Source: Acidobacteriaceae bacterium (GTDB lineage Bacteria; Acidobacteriota; Terriglobia; Terriglobales; Acidobacteriaceae). From it: DNA of 64,000 nucleotides. The number at the start of each line of letters is the position of its first letter. Position 1 is the first letter of the stretch. A program made the position numbers and the translations under genes. Location of the stretch: contig PLSM01000094.1 of NCBI GenBank assembly GCA_003165075.1, positions 40,130 through 104,129 of the forward strand, in the 5' to 3' direction. Positions 28,981-38,355 of this stretch are shown here, one piece after another. Below the pieces are notes generated by a model. It had not been told where the DNA came from. It worked only from the letters and a program-made list of their open reading frames with translations, and made no database searches.

Positions 28981-29658
28981 TCAGTCCATCGACAGACTAA
29001 GCTGGTGGCGCACATCCGCGCCGCGAATCCAGAAGATGACGTCCGTGGCGATGTTCGAAGCGTGATCTGCAATGCGCTCCAGGCTGCGTGACACCATCAG
29101 CCCGTTCATCGCCTGATGCGTGAACTGCGGCTTGTCCTGGATGAGTTTCAGCAGATCGGTGTGCGCGCGTCGGTTCATGCGGTCGATCTCGTCGTCCATC
29201 TCGCGGACCGTGTCGGCCAGCCGTGCATCGCCTTCCAGCAGCGATTGAATGGCGGTTCGAATCATTCGTCCCGAATACTCGCCCATCGCCGCAAAGTCCA
29301 CCGGCAGTTCAACCTCATCGGCATTGGTTTTGAGAATGTCCCGGGTGCGGCGCGAGATGCCCATCGACTGGTCGCCGATACGTTCCAGGTCGCCGTTGAT
29401 CTTGATCACTGCCAGAATGAAGCGCAGATCGATGGCCATCGGCTGCTCCTTGGCCAGCAGCTCATAGGCCATCTCGTCCAGTTCCCGCTGCGCACTGTTG
29501 ATGGCCGTCTCATTCTGCTTGACGTACTGGCACAGGCCCAGGTCACGCTGCAGATAGGCGTCTACCGCGGTCTCGACCGCCTGCTGCGCAAGAGCAGCCA
29601 TGGCAAGGAGCTTGTCCTTGAGTTCGGCGAGTTGCAATTGAAAATGGATACGCGGCAC
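28981..29658 (-). CDS. phoU: Phosphate signalling complex protein PhoU
   Basis: QPMAIDLR, LERIGD and LERIADHASNIA repeats. Confidence 0.92.
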   Translation of the reverse strand: MPRIHFQLQLAELKDKLLAMAALAQQAVETAVDAYLQRDLGLCQYVKQNETAINSAQRELDEMAYELLAKEQPMAIDLRFILAVIKINGDLERIGDQSMGISRRTRDILKTNADEVELPVDFAAMGEYSGRMIRTAIQSLLEGDARLADTVREMDDEIDRMNRRAHTDLLKLIQDKPQFTHQAMNGLMVSRSLERIADHASNIATDVIFWIRGADVRHQLSLSMD

Positions 29659-29749
29659 GACGGTTTTTCCCCTAACCTTGATTGTGCATCAAGCTATGTT
29701 ACCAGCAGACGAATTTCCCGGCGCGTATCAGAATTGTTACGGCGGCTCC

Positions 29750-30203
29750 CATGGTCACCCTAAGCGCTTTCACTCCTGCCCAGAAACCAACAAGCGGAAT
29801 GCGGTACTTCGTCCGGCGATGCTTTCCCATCGAATGCGGAAAACCGTCACCCACTTGCATTGAATTATGTGCCCGCGGCGCATAATGGGATTTGGGTGGA
29901 GTATCGATCGGTCGATAGCAAGAGCGGTAAGTATCGCCAGTCGACCCCACGCGTCCTGAAGCTGCGCACGGCGGACACAGAAGGGTGCTTGTCTTTCTGG
30001 ATTTGGGAGGCAAACAATCGACCCCGCCTCAAAAATGCGACCTAACTCCTTTACTGTCTATATTCTGCGGATAACCCTTCCAGAATCAATATTTTGCCGC
30101 CGGAACCCTACCTTAAACGCATGAAAATAAGTAATTTACCCGCAGAATAGGGGGAGGGGGAGGGTGGGGTTACTCATCGGTTAACCGGCGACTGTCATCC
30201 TGC
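29750..30203 (+). repeat. ~450-nt non-coding repeat, copy A
   Basis: Collinear with the reverse complement of 33542-34005; identical blocks include taccttaaacgcatgaaaata and gggtggggttactcatcggttaa. Confidence 0.85.
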
Positions 30204-30321
30204 CATGCTCTCAGCTCCCCCCCGGTGCCGGCCCCCTCTTCCCGCGCCGGCGTTGCCTTCGAGTTTTTTAGACGAACTCTTAGACGAGCCAATTGCCGGG
30301 TTCTTGTTCTAGGCTGAGGAC

Positions 30322-30975
30322 ATGGGTACTGCACTCTCTTCTACAAGTCCTATGCTTACCTTTGACCCGTCGCATTGCGAACAGCGCCAGGTCTACAAGC
30401 TGATGACCGGCATCATTGTGCCGCGGCCGATTGCCCTGGTTTCCACCGTGGATACGCGCGGAATCGCAAATCTCGCCCCTTTCAGCTTCTTCTCCGGCGT
30501 CGGCTCCGTTCCCCCCACAGTGCTGTTTTGCCCTGCTTTGCGCCCCGAGGGTTCTGCGGAACCCGGCGAGCGAAAAGACACCCTGCGCAATGTGGAAGAG
30601 ACAGGTGAGTTTGTGGTCAATGTAGTCAGCGAGGCCATTGCCGCGGCGACCAATGCCACCGCCGCCGAGGTTGGGCCGGATGTCGACGAGTTCCGGCTGG
30701 CCGGACTCACCCCCGTGGCCAGCGAGGTGGTTCGGCCGCCACGTGTGGCTGAGTCGCCTGCGCAAATGGAGTGCCGCCTGCTCCAGGTGATCTACACCAG
30801 TCACGCACCGGGCGGCGGAGTCATTGTGCTGGGCCAGGTGGTGCGCTTTCATGTGCGCGCGGAGTTAGTGGATAATTTCCGCGTCGACCCCGACGGCCTC
30901 GCCGGGGTAGGCCGCATGGCCGGCAACACCTGGGTGCGCACCCGCGACCGCATCGAGTTGATCCGGCCGAAATAA
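30322..30975 (+). CDS. Flavin reductase-like family protein
   Basis: IVPRPIALVST, NLAPFSFF, KDTLRNVEETGEFVVN motifs. Confidence 0.88.
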   Translation: MGTALSSTSPMLTFDPSHCEQRQVYKLMTGIIVPRPIALVSTVDTRGIANLAPFSFFSGVGSVPPTVLFCPALRPEGSAEPGERKDTLRNVEETGEFVVNVVSEAIAAATNATAAEVGPDVDEFRLAGLTPVASEVVRPPRVAESPAQMECRLLQVIYTSHAPGGGVIVLGQVVRFHVRAELVDNFRVDPDGLAGVGRMAGNTWVRTRDRIELIRPK

Positions 30976-31079
30976 TTGAATTCGCCGCAACCGGTGTGCG
31001 CCGCTCGACCGCCAAATGGCGCTATATTGGTGCGGTTGGAGCCTTGGCGCCACAATGGAGTGTGGCTGAAGGGAGGCTC

Positions 31080-31691
31080 ATGCACCTCGCGCAGCAGCGC
31101 AGTTGTCAGGGAATCTGCCAGGGTCTTCATCTACCGAAGCCGGTGCACGGTGTGGCGGCGCTGGTGATACTGGCTGTTTCAGCGTCGGGCGGCTGTCACC
31201 GCGCAGCCTCAACAGTAATCGCCAAAGGGGAAGTATCTATGGAGTTAACCAGTTCCAGCTTTCAAAACAGCAGAATTCCGAGACAGTTCACCTGCGACGG
31301 TGCTGATGCGTCACCTCATCTGGCGTGGACAGCACCCCCGCCAGCCACAAAGAGTCTGGCCCTGCTTGTTACCGACCCCGATGCGCCGGCAGGCACCTGG
31401 GTCCATTGGGTGCTCTACGACCTTCCTCCAACCGCGCGCGAACTGTCCATCGGTGTTCAAAAAGCTCAGTTTCTCGGCGACGGCTCACGTCAAGGCCGCA
31501 ACGACTTTGGCAAAATCGGCTACGGCGGACCGTGCCCGCCCCCCGGCACCAATCACCGCTACTTCTTCCGCCTCTACGCGCTCGATACGCAACTCAATCT
31601 CTCGCCCGGAGCGACTCAGGACCAACTCGAAACGGCAATGCATGGACACATTCTGGCGCAGGGCGAACTGGTGGCACGCTATGGCCGGTGA
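31080..31691 (+). CDS. YbhB/YbcL (PEBP/RKIP-like) protein, possibly a lipoprotein
   Basis: DPDAP, HW and GPCPP...HRY motifs; GGAGG RBS before 31080; SASGGC possible lipobox (alternative start 31239). Confidence 0.85.
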   Translation: MHLAQQRSCQGICQGLHLPKPVHGVAALVILAVSASGGCHRAASTVIAKGEVSMELTSSSFQNSRIPRQFTCDGADASPHLAWTAPPPATKSLALLVTDPDAPAGTWVHWVLYDLPPTARELSIGVQKAQFLGDGSRQGRNDFGKIGYGGPCPPPGTNHRYFFRLYALDTQLNLSPGATQDQLETAMHGHILAQGELVARYGR

Positions 31692-31739
31692 TCTTCCTCG
31701 ATTCGGGTCAGTCGAAGGTGATGTCGCAAGGATCGGTTC

Positions 31740-32096
31740 ATGGTAACGTCAGGGACGGACGATTTCATGCAGGATCTCAGAGAACTCGCTTCACTCCGGG
31801 AGTCGTGGCAACACGAGGCAGGATTCTGGCGTGACACCCCGTTCATTTGGAAGAGGTGGGATAGCTATCGCGAGGATTGGACCCACGATCACTGCATGTT
31901 CTGCTTTGCATGCATTTGTAACCATCGGGACCGCTTCCCGGAGTGGAAGCAGGCCCACGAGGAGCGTGGATGTTATCGCCACGCCTACTACGCCGAACGC
32001 GAGAAGGGCGTTTACATATGGGTCTGTCGAACCTGTTTCAAACGAGTCCAAGCTGAATTCGGTTGGAGAACTGCGGACCAGATCTCGGATAGTTAG
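31740..32096 (+). CDS. Small Cys/His-rich hypothetical protein (putative Zn-binding)
   Basis: WTHDHCMFC and WVCRTCF motifs. Confidence 0.65.
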   Translation: MVTSGTDDFMQDLRELASLRESWQHEAGFWRDTPFIWKRWDSYREDWTHDHCMFCFACICNHRDRFPEWKQAHEERGCYRHAYYAEREKGVYIWVCRTCFKRVQAEFGWRTADQISDS

Positions 32097-32133
32097 TTCG
32101 GATTGGCAGTTGCTTGATTCAACGACATAGCCA

Positions 32134-33363
32134 TTATGTCGCGCTCATCTCCTGCCCCTTGGCTTCGCGCCCCAGCAGCGCCAACCCCGCCAGCAACAAC
32201 GCCACAATCACCACCGTGACGGCCAAGACGGCGGGATAACTGCCCCAGCGCTCCGCGGCCAGTGCCTGCCCTTTGCCGTTCCAGGAAGTGATCAGGCCGC
32301 CCAGTTGGTAAGCGAGCCCCGGCGCTGTGGCTCGCACCGGAGCCGGGGAAAGTTCAGTGAGATAGGCCGGCACCACCCCCCACGCTCCCTGCACCATGAA
32401 CTGCATAAGCACCGCACCCATGCCCAGGGTCACGGCCGAGTGCCCATACGCGTAAAGCGGAATCACCGGAATGGCGAGCAGCGCGGCGGTGACAATAGCC
32501 CTCTTCCGGCCCCATTTCTCCGACAGCGCCCCAAAGACAAAGCCGCCGGCAATGGACCCCAGGCCGTAGAGCACTCCAATCAAACCCACCGTCTGCGCTG
32601 AGAGCCCCACCTGCACCGTCAGAAAGGTCGGGTACACATCCTGGGTGCCGTGCGAAAAGCTCATGAAAGCCGTCATCAGCAGTACCAGAAAAAGAAACGT
32701 GGGCAGAAATGCCAGCAGATTGGCTGGAATTGCAGGAGCAGCGCCACGGGCCAGACGCTTCTTCTCCCCCGCGAGCCACACCGGTGACTCTTTCACGCGG
32801 ACCTGCACGTAGAACACCAGCAGGGCTGGAGATGCGCCGAGAATAAAAAGTCCGCGCCAGCCGATAGCGTGAAAGAAGAGGGCAAAGGCGGCCGATGCCA
32901 GGATGGAGCCCAGTGCGTAGCCTTCCTGCAAAATACCGGAGAAAGCGCCACGGCCTTCCGTAGGCAGAGTCTCAAAGGCCAGCGCCGCACCCACGCCCCA
33001 CTCTCCGCCCATGGCAATGCCAAACAGCGCGCGCAACACCATCAGCACGGTGAGCGAGGGAGCAAAGGCGCATGCCAATTCAATGACGGAAAAGCTGAGG
33101 ATGTTGATCATCAACACGGGGCGCCGCCCGTAGCGATCGGCCAGCATGCCGAATACCAGCGCGCCCACCGGCCGGAAGGCCTGGGTGAGGAAGACAGCGC
33201 CCAGCACGTCGGAAGGCTTGGCGCCAAAGTCCGTCGCGATTGCCTTGACGCAGAAGATCAGCAGGAAGAAGTCGAGGCTGTCCAGCGTCCAGCCCAGAAA
33301 GGAGGCCACAAAGGTGTGGCGCTGGGCGCGGCTCAGCCGTTTGAAGTCGCGGACGATAGACAT
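32134..33363 (-). CDS. MFS carboxylate transporter (Jen/YjhB-like)
   Basis: FLGWTLDSLDFF, MGGEWG, SHGTQD motifs. Confidence 0.88.
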   Translation of the reverse strand: MSIVRDFKRLSRAQRHTFVASFLGWTLDSLDFFLLIFCVKAIATDFGAKPSDVLGAVFLTQAFRPVGALVFGMLADRYGRRPVLMINILSFSVIELACAFAPSLTVLMVLRALFGIAMGGEWGVGAALAFETLPTEGRGAFSGILQEGYALGSILASAAFALFFHAIGWRGLFILGASPALLVFYVQVRVKESPVWLAGEKKRLARGAAPAIPANLLAFLPTFLFLVLLMTAFMSFSHGTQDVYPTFLTVQVGLSAQTVGLIGVLYGLGSIAGGFVFGALSEKWGRKRAIVTAALLAIPVIPLYAYGHSAVTLGMGAVLMQFMVQGAWGVVPAYLTELSPAPVRATAPGLAYQLGGLITSWNGKGQALAAERWGSYPAVLAVTVVIVALLLAGLALLGREAKGQEMSAT

Positions 33364-33541
33364 CTCCGGGAGAATAGCAGACGTTCCCTTGCTCCGGCGC
33401 ACCGCGCGAAATCTCGTGCCACGCTCATTCCGCGGGGGGCGCGGGAGCCTGCTCCAGGCCTTCATACTCGAACTTGCGCAGATTCCTCATGCATTCGGCC
33501 AGCGCGGGGACAAAGGCACAACATCGGGGGAGCGGCGAGTA

Positions 33542-34005
33542 GCAGGGGGACAGTCACCGTTTAACCGATGAGTAACCCCACCCCCTCCCCCCCTATTCTG
33601 TAGATAAATTATCTATTTTCATGCGTTTAAGGTATGGGTTGCGCTGTAAAATATTGATTCCGCAGGGGTTCCCCGCAGAATATAGACGTTAAAGGAGTTA
33701 GGCCGCTATTTCGGCGCGCCGGGGTAGTCCCATCCCAAATTCACGAAGACAAGTACCCTTCCGCGCCTGCCTGCGTGCAGCCTCCCGACGTGTGGTTCGA
33801 CTGGCGACACTCCCCGTCCCAGCAATCGACCTATCGATACTCAACTCAAATTCAATTATGCGCCGGTCACACATAATTCAATGCAAAAGGGCAGTCGTTC
33901 TCAGCATTCGATGGGAGAGCATTGCTGGACGAAGTGGCGTACCCGGCCTTGATGGTTTTTGGACAGCTTCTGAGAGAGTTGGCGAACCAGCCACGAGTGA
34001 CCATG
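33542..34005 (-). repeat. ~450-nt non-coding repeat, copy B (inverted relative to A)
   Basis: Manual alignment with 29750-30203. Confidence 0.85.
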
Positions 34006-34322
34006 AGACCAACATACCGGTCTGAACGCTTCTCTGAGCGAACTGGGCGGTTATCACCAATTGAGAACTACTCGTGTTCGATTCTCGAATGGCGACTTCA
34101 GGCCGAGTCGCTCATTGAAAGCCAGCAAACTCAGAGATGGCCCGGATCGGTACTATGACACGCCCAGCATCTCTGCACCCCTGAATGAGCGTTCATTGGG
34201 GATTCCTGGGACAGTGCCGACTGCACGGACCTTGTGAAGCCTCGATGAGTGCTTTGGCGATTTACCACTCGTTGAGAACCAAATTGCGGATGTTTAGATT
34301 TTCCGCTTTCGTTGTCGCCTCT

Positions 34323-34931
34323 TTACTTTTTCTCTCTGCGTGCCGGTTTCGGGCGAACCAATGGCAGGAAGATGTCGTCGACGAACCCCGCAATGACGGC
34401 GTTGGGAACGGGCTTTAAGGTCATCAGGACCTCGTGCCGCAACAAATCAGGAAGCAGCGAGGCAATCCGGGGCGTCAGCTTGCTTCGATCGATCTCACCA
34501 CGATCTACTCCTCGTGCAAGCACGACAGCGAGCTGGCTGTGATCGCCCTGGAGCACACTCGTCCTGAGATCGGCCAGGCTGGTGTTCGTCTCAGAGAAAT
34601 ATTCACTCATTTGTAAAGAAAAGAAGGCTGCGAACAGGGCGCGACCTTTTGAGAATTGTTGCAGCAAAGCAACCAGATCGCCGCGCACATTTCCTGTGTC
34701 GGGGATAACCAGAGGATGTTTATGCCTGATGTGGCGTATCGCTGCGATGGCGAGATCGGCTCGATTCGGCCAGCGGCGATAGAGCACTGGCCGGCTTGTG
34801 TGCGCGCGCGCCGCCACAGCCTCCATTGTGAAGCTCGCGTAACCGCCGCCGAGCAACTCGCTCCACGCCGCATCGAGCACCGCATCTTCAAGCGCCTTGC
34901 CGCGCCGCCGTTCGACTGTATGATCCTTCAT
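34323..34931 (-). CDS. TetR family regulator
   Basis: N-terminal HTH (FTMEAVAARAHTSRPVLYRRW). Confidence 0.88.
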   Translation of the reverse strand: MKDHTVERRRGKALEDAVLDAAWSELLGGGYASFTMEAVAARAHTSRPVLYRRWPNRADLAIAAIRHIRHKHPLVIPDTGNVRGDLVALLQQFSKGRALFAAFFSLQMSEYFSETNTSLADLRTSVLQGDHSQLAVVLARGVDRGEIDRSKLTPRIASLLPDLLRHEVLMTLKPVPNAVIAGFVDDIFLPLVRPKPARREKK

Positions 34932-34945
34932 CCCACTCCGCCATT

Positions 34946-35010
34946 AGATACTTAATTGTATCCTATTGACATTGGCCGACGTCTCTGATTAGATACAGTC
35001 ATGCATCTAA
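34946..35010. promoter_or_regulatory. Two AGATAC-N6-G[TC]ATC[CT] operators in the divergent tetR/methyltransferase promoter
   Basis: agatac-ttaatt-gtatcc (34946-34963) and agatac-agtcat-gcatct (34991-35008). Confidence 0.65.
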
Positions 35011-35067
35011 CCTGCAATCGGAGCTTGAATTGCTGGGCCGGGTGTATCCGTAGAGGAGAAAAAGCCA

Positions 35068-35910
35068 ATGCAACAGATTCAATCTGACGACCTCAAGGGC
35101 GTCTCTAAAACACTGCTCATCCCGCTGCATTGCTGCGTCGAGGAAAGCAAAAGCGAGTCTAGCAGCTTCAAGGATGAAATTGCCGAGAGATTCCACGATG
35201 CCATCGCTTACGATTGGGGCAAGTTCGACGCTGACTCATCGCAGAACTGGGTGACGGCCGTGACGACAGCCGCCATGAACAAAAGAAGAGTCATCTTCGA
35301 CGAACAGGTAAAGAACTTTCTTGAAGAGGCGCCGGATGGACTGGTAGTGAACCTGGGCGCCGGACTAAATACGCGCTTCCATCGCCTTGATAACGGCCGG
35401 CTCGAATGGATTGAACTGGACCTACCCGGCGTGATTACCTTTCGGCAGAAGCTCCGCGAGCCGGAAAGCAAGCGGCACCGGATGATTGCAGCGTCCGTTC
35501 TTGATGACGACTGGGTTGGGGAGATCAAACGGTACGCGAGAAGTCGAGTCCTGTTTGTCGCGGAGGGACTATTGCCGTACTTTACGGAAGAAGAACACAG
35601 AAAGATATTCACCTGCCTCGCCGAGAATTTCCCCGGACAGGAGATGCTGTTTCACACGATAGCTCCGTCACTAACTCCGGAACTCGCCCAACACTCGCTT
35701 ATATCCAGGACGAAAATGAAGGCAGAGATGCAATGGGGACTGGACGACAGCAAGCAAGTATCGGCTCTGAATCCGAAGGTGGAATTTGTGGACGAGTTTT
35801 CGCTGCTGGAGGGAAGCTATGACCTGTTACCCGAACCGATCCGGCAGAAATTGTCTCCTGCTATGGCAAAGCAGGTTATGAAGATCGTCCATGTGCGGTT
35901 CCGTGAATAA
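35068..35910 (+). CDS. Class I SAM-dependent methyltransferase (LCM/TcmP-like)
   Basis: VVNLGAGLNTR, ELDLP, AEGLLPY motifs. Confidence 0.85.
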   Translation: MQQIQSDDLKGVSKTLLIPLHCCVEESKSESSSFKDEIAERFHDAIAYDWGKFDADSSQNWVTAVTTAAMNKRRVIFDEQVKNFLEEAPDGLVVNLGAGLNTRFHRLDNGRLEWIELDLPGVITFRQKLREPESKRHRMIAASVLDDDWVGEIKRYARSRVLFVAEGLLPYFTEEEHRKIFTCLAENFPGQEMLFHTIAPSLTPELAQHSLISRTKMKAEMQWGLDDSKQVSALNPKVEFVDEFSLLEGSYDLLPEPIRQKLSPAMAKQVMKIVHVRFRE

Positions 35911-36164
35911 GCTCATTGATTCCGAGTGGCCGATAATCCAGAGGTTTGCGATCCCGGAGGATGTGAACAGGCCAACGCACTCATTGGCTTAGGCGACAGG
36001 TCCGCAAGTCAGGGTGAGTAATGGCAAACACCGATGTAGCAGAAATCTCGGTTGACGCCCAATCGCCATCTCACCCGTTGACTCAAAGATGAGCGAACCC
36101 TCTCGGTTCGCGCTTGAATTGACCGCCTCCAGGCAGCCGGCTTGATCCGGTTTTTGAGAAAATT

Positions 36165-36180
36165 ATTTGTTGCAACGATT
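36165..36180. promoter_or_regulatory. Palindrome upstream of yceI/marR, candidate MarR operator
   Basis: atttGTTGCAACgatt. Confidence 0.35.
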
Positions 36181-36331
36181 AACATTCTTGCAGCGTCCAA
36201 TTAAAAGGTATTCGTAACTCTTCCGCGGTACGGCAGGCTTCCCCGTTCCCCGTCCCCGTCCGGCTAGAGACGCTTGGTCTCTGCCGGCAACTTCCAACGG
36301 CCCGTGGCCCGAAATCGAAAGGACTTGATCA

Positions 36332-36907
36332 ATGAAGAGATTGGCATTTGCATTAGGCATTCTGGCGCTGGCGGTTCCCCTGGCCGTGGCGCAAACCTCC
36401 ACCTGGGTTCCAGACAAGGCGCATAGCGAGGTCGACTTCAGCATCCTCCACATGAGCCTCTCCAAAGTCCATGGCCGCTTTGGCAACATCGGAGGCTCCA
36501 TTGTTCTGAATGAAGCGGACATCACCAAGTCAACCGTCAATGTCACCATCGATGTAACCACGGTGGACACCGGCGTAGGCCCCAGAGATACGGACCTGAA
36601 GAGTGCGAACTTTTTTGACGTGTCCAACTTCCCCACCGCCACATTTACCAGCACCAGCGTGGCCAGAGACGGCAGCAACTTGGCCGTAACAGGCAACCTG
36701 ACCCTGCACGGAGTGACCAAACCCGTGGTGCTGCAGGTAGAAGGCCCCACCGGCCCGGTTCCGGGGATGGACCACAAGCCACATTCCGGCTTCGCAGCCA
36801 CTACTACGATCAGCCGCACAGCCTTCGGCATTGCAACAAAATTCCCGGCCAGCGTGTTGGGTGACGACGTCAAGCTCACCATCGACCTCGACGTGGTCAA
36901 GCAGTAA
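36332..36907 (+). CDS. YceI family protein
   Basis: Signal peptide; HSEVDF, RDTDLKS.NFFD, GNLTLHGVTK motifs. Confidence 0.9.
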   Translation: MKRLAFALGILALAVPLAVAQTSTWVPDKAHSEVDFSILHMSLSKVHGRFGNIGGSIVLNEADITKSTVNVTIDVTTVDTGVGPRDTDLKSANFFDVSNFPTATFTSTSVARDGSNLAVTGNLTLHGVTKPVVLQVEGPTGPVPGMDHKPHSGFAATTTISRTAFGIATKFPASVLGDDVKLTIDLDVVKQ

Positions 36908-36985
36908 GGGCTTCAGACGGAGACAGGGCGGCGCGGGGCGCCTTGCTTCTGCTTGAACGCGGCACTTTGAGCAAGGAGAGATTCC

Positions 36986-37540
36986 ATGGCCAGCCTGAAG
37001 CGCGAGATTGTGCAGGAGCGCCCTTTCTCAAGCCTCGAAGAGGAAGCGCTGCTGAACCTGATGCGAACGGCCGACTGCCTGCAGCGCGCCTTTCAGCGCC
37101 GCAGCCGCAACTGGGGCATCACCTCGACTCAATACAATGTTCTGAGGATTCTGCGCGGCGCCCAGCCGCAGGGGCTCACCTGTTCGGCGATAGGCAGCCG
37201 CATGATTACCGCTGAGCCCGACATTACACGCCTTCTGGCGCGCCTCAAGGCTCTCAAGCTGATCCGTCAGCAGCGCGACCGGCAGGACCGGCGTGTCGTG
37301 TGGACGCAGATCGCCGATGCGGGCCTGGAATTGCTGCGCCAAATGGACCCAGGCATTAATCTCGCTCCGAAAGAGTTGCTGGGGCATCTGGGCGAGGCTG
37401 AACTGTCCCATCTGATACGGCTGACCGAGTTGGCGCGCAGGAATTGTGCCGGCGAGCAGGATGCAGTCAGTTGCACCGGCAAGAAAGACTCCGAGGGAGA
37501 AAACTGTGGAATTAGCAAGATGGAGTCAAACTCCCGCTAA
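36986..37540 (+). CDS. MarR family regulator
   Basis: TQYNVLRIL, DITRLLARL, DRR motifs. Confidence 0.88.
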   Translation: MASLKREIVQERPFSSLEEEALLNLMRTADCLQRAFQRRSRNWGITSTQYNVLRILRGAQPQGLTCSAIGSRMITAEPDITRLLARLKALKLIRQQRDRQDRRVVWTQIADAGLELLRQMDPGINLAPKELLGHLGEAELSHLIRLTELARRNCAGEQDAVSCTGKKDSEGENCGISKMESNSR

Positions 37541-37575
37541 CCGGTGTGTGCAGTGGGAATAAGTGAGAGGTGTAT

Positions 37576-38355
37576 CTAGCGGGCCACGATTTTCTGGGCC
37601 ACAGTCACTTCATCGGCATCGGCCTGAATAATCTTGTTATGCAGACAATAGAGAGCCAGTTCAAGCCGGTCCGACACACCCAGCTTGTCATAGATTTTGC
37701 GCAGATAGTTTTTGATAACCTGCTCGGTCGTTCCCAGTTGAAAGGCGATTTCCTTGTTGCGCTTGCCCTGCGTGATGCAGGTAATGATAGCCATTTCCTT
37801 GGGCGACAGGCGCGGCTGGCTGCGGGGGCTGACCAATGAGGCAGCTTGCGCGCGATAGGCTTCAATCACCCAGGTCACTGATTGGTTGTCGATCCATGTT
37901 TCGCCGGCGGCAATCCTGCGCACGCAACGCACCAGCAGGTCGGGTGAAATGGAGCGGGAGATGATGCCGCGAACACCGCGGCGATAAAGCTCGACAGTCT
38001 GGTTCTCATCGGCCGCTATGGCTTGCACAATGAGCTTGACGTCGGGAGCAAGCCGCAGCAGCTCGGGGATGGCATTGGCCGTGCCGACCAACAGACCCCC
38101 TTCAAGCAAAACAATGTCAGTGGGATAGCGTTCGATGGCCGTTCGGAGATTCTCCAGAGAGTCTGCCTGCGCGACCACCCTGAGGTCGTCTTCTACCGCG
38201 AAGATCTTGCGTATCCCCACGCGGTAAATGGCCTGCGAGTCCGCAAGAATAATGCGAACGGTTCCCGGCCTGACCGGTCCGTCGAGCACCTCAACATCAG
38301 GAGAATCGTCTGAACGTTCCATAGTATGCAACTGAAAGCCCACAGGAGCTGTCAC
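37576..38355 (-). CDS. NarL/LuxR family regulator with atypical receiver domain
   Basis: LuxR HTH (NKEIA...TEQVIKNYLRKIYDKLGV); receiver reads LADS and VLLE, i.e. Glu at the phospho-Asp position. Confidence 0.88.
   Translation of the reverse strand: MTAPVGFQLHTMERSDDSPDVEVLDGPVRPGTVRIILADSQAIYRVGIRKIFAVEDDLRVVAQADSLENLRTAIERYPTDIVLLEGGLLVGTANAIPELLRLAPDVKLIVQAIAADENQTVELYRRGVRGIISRSISPDLLVRCVRRIAAGETWIDNQSVTWVIEAYRAQAASLVSPRSQPRLSPKEMAIITCITQGKRNKEIAFQLGTTEQVIKNYLRKIYDKLGVSDRLELALYCLHNKIIQADADEVTVAQKIVAR

Noticed and set aside
33559-33703. Integron attC-like site (GTTTAAC or GAGTAAC ... GTTAGGC) in repeat B, and the equivalent in repeat A
   Set aside because: R-to-L box spacings (~14-17 nt) are too long for attC, the partner copy has a non-consensus inverse core, and there is no integron integrase or cassette array.
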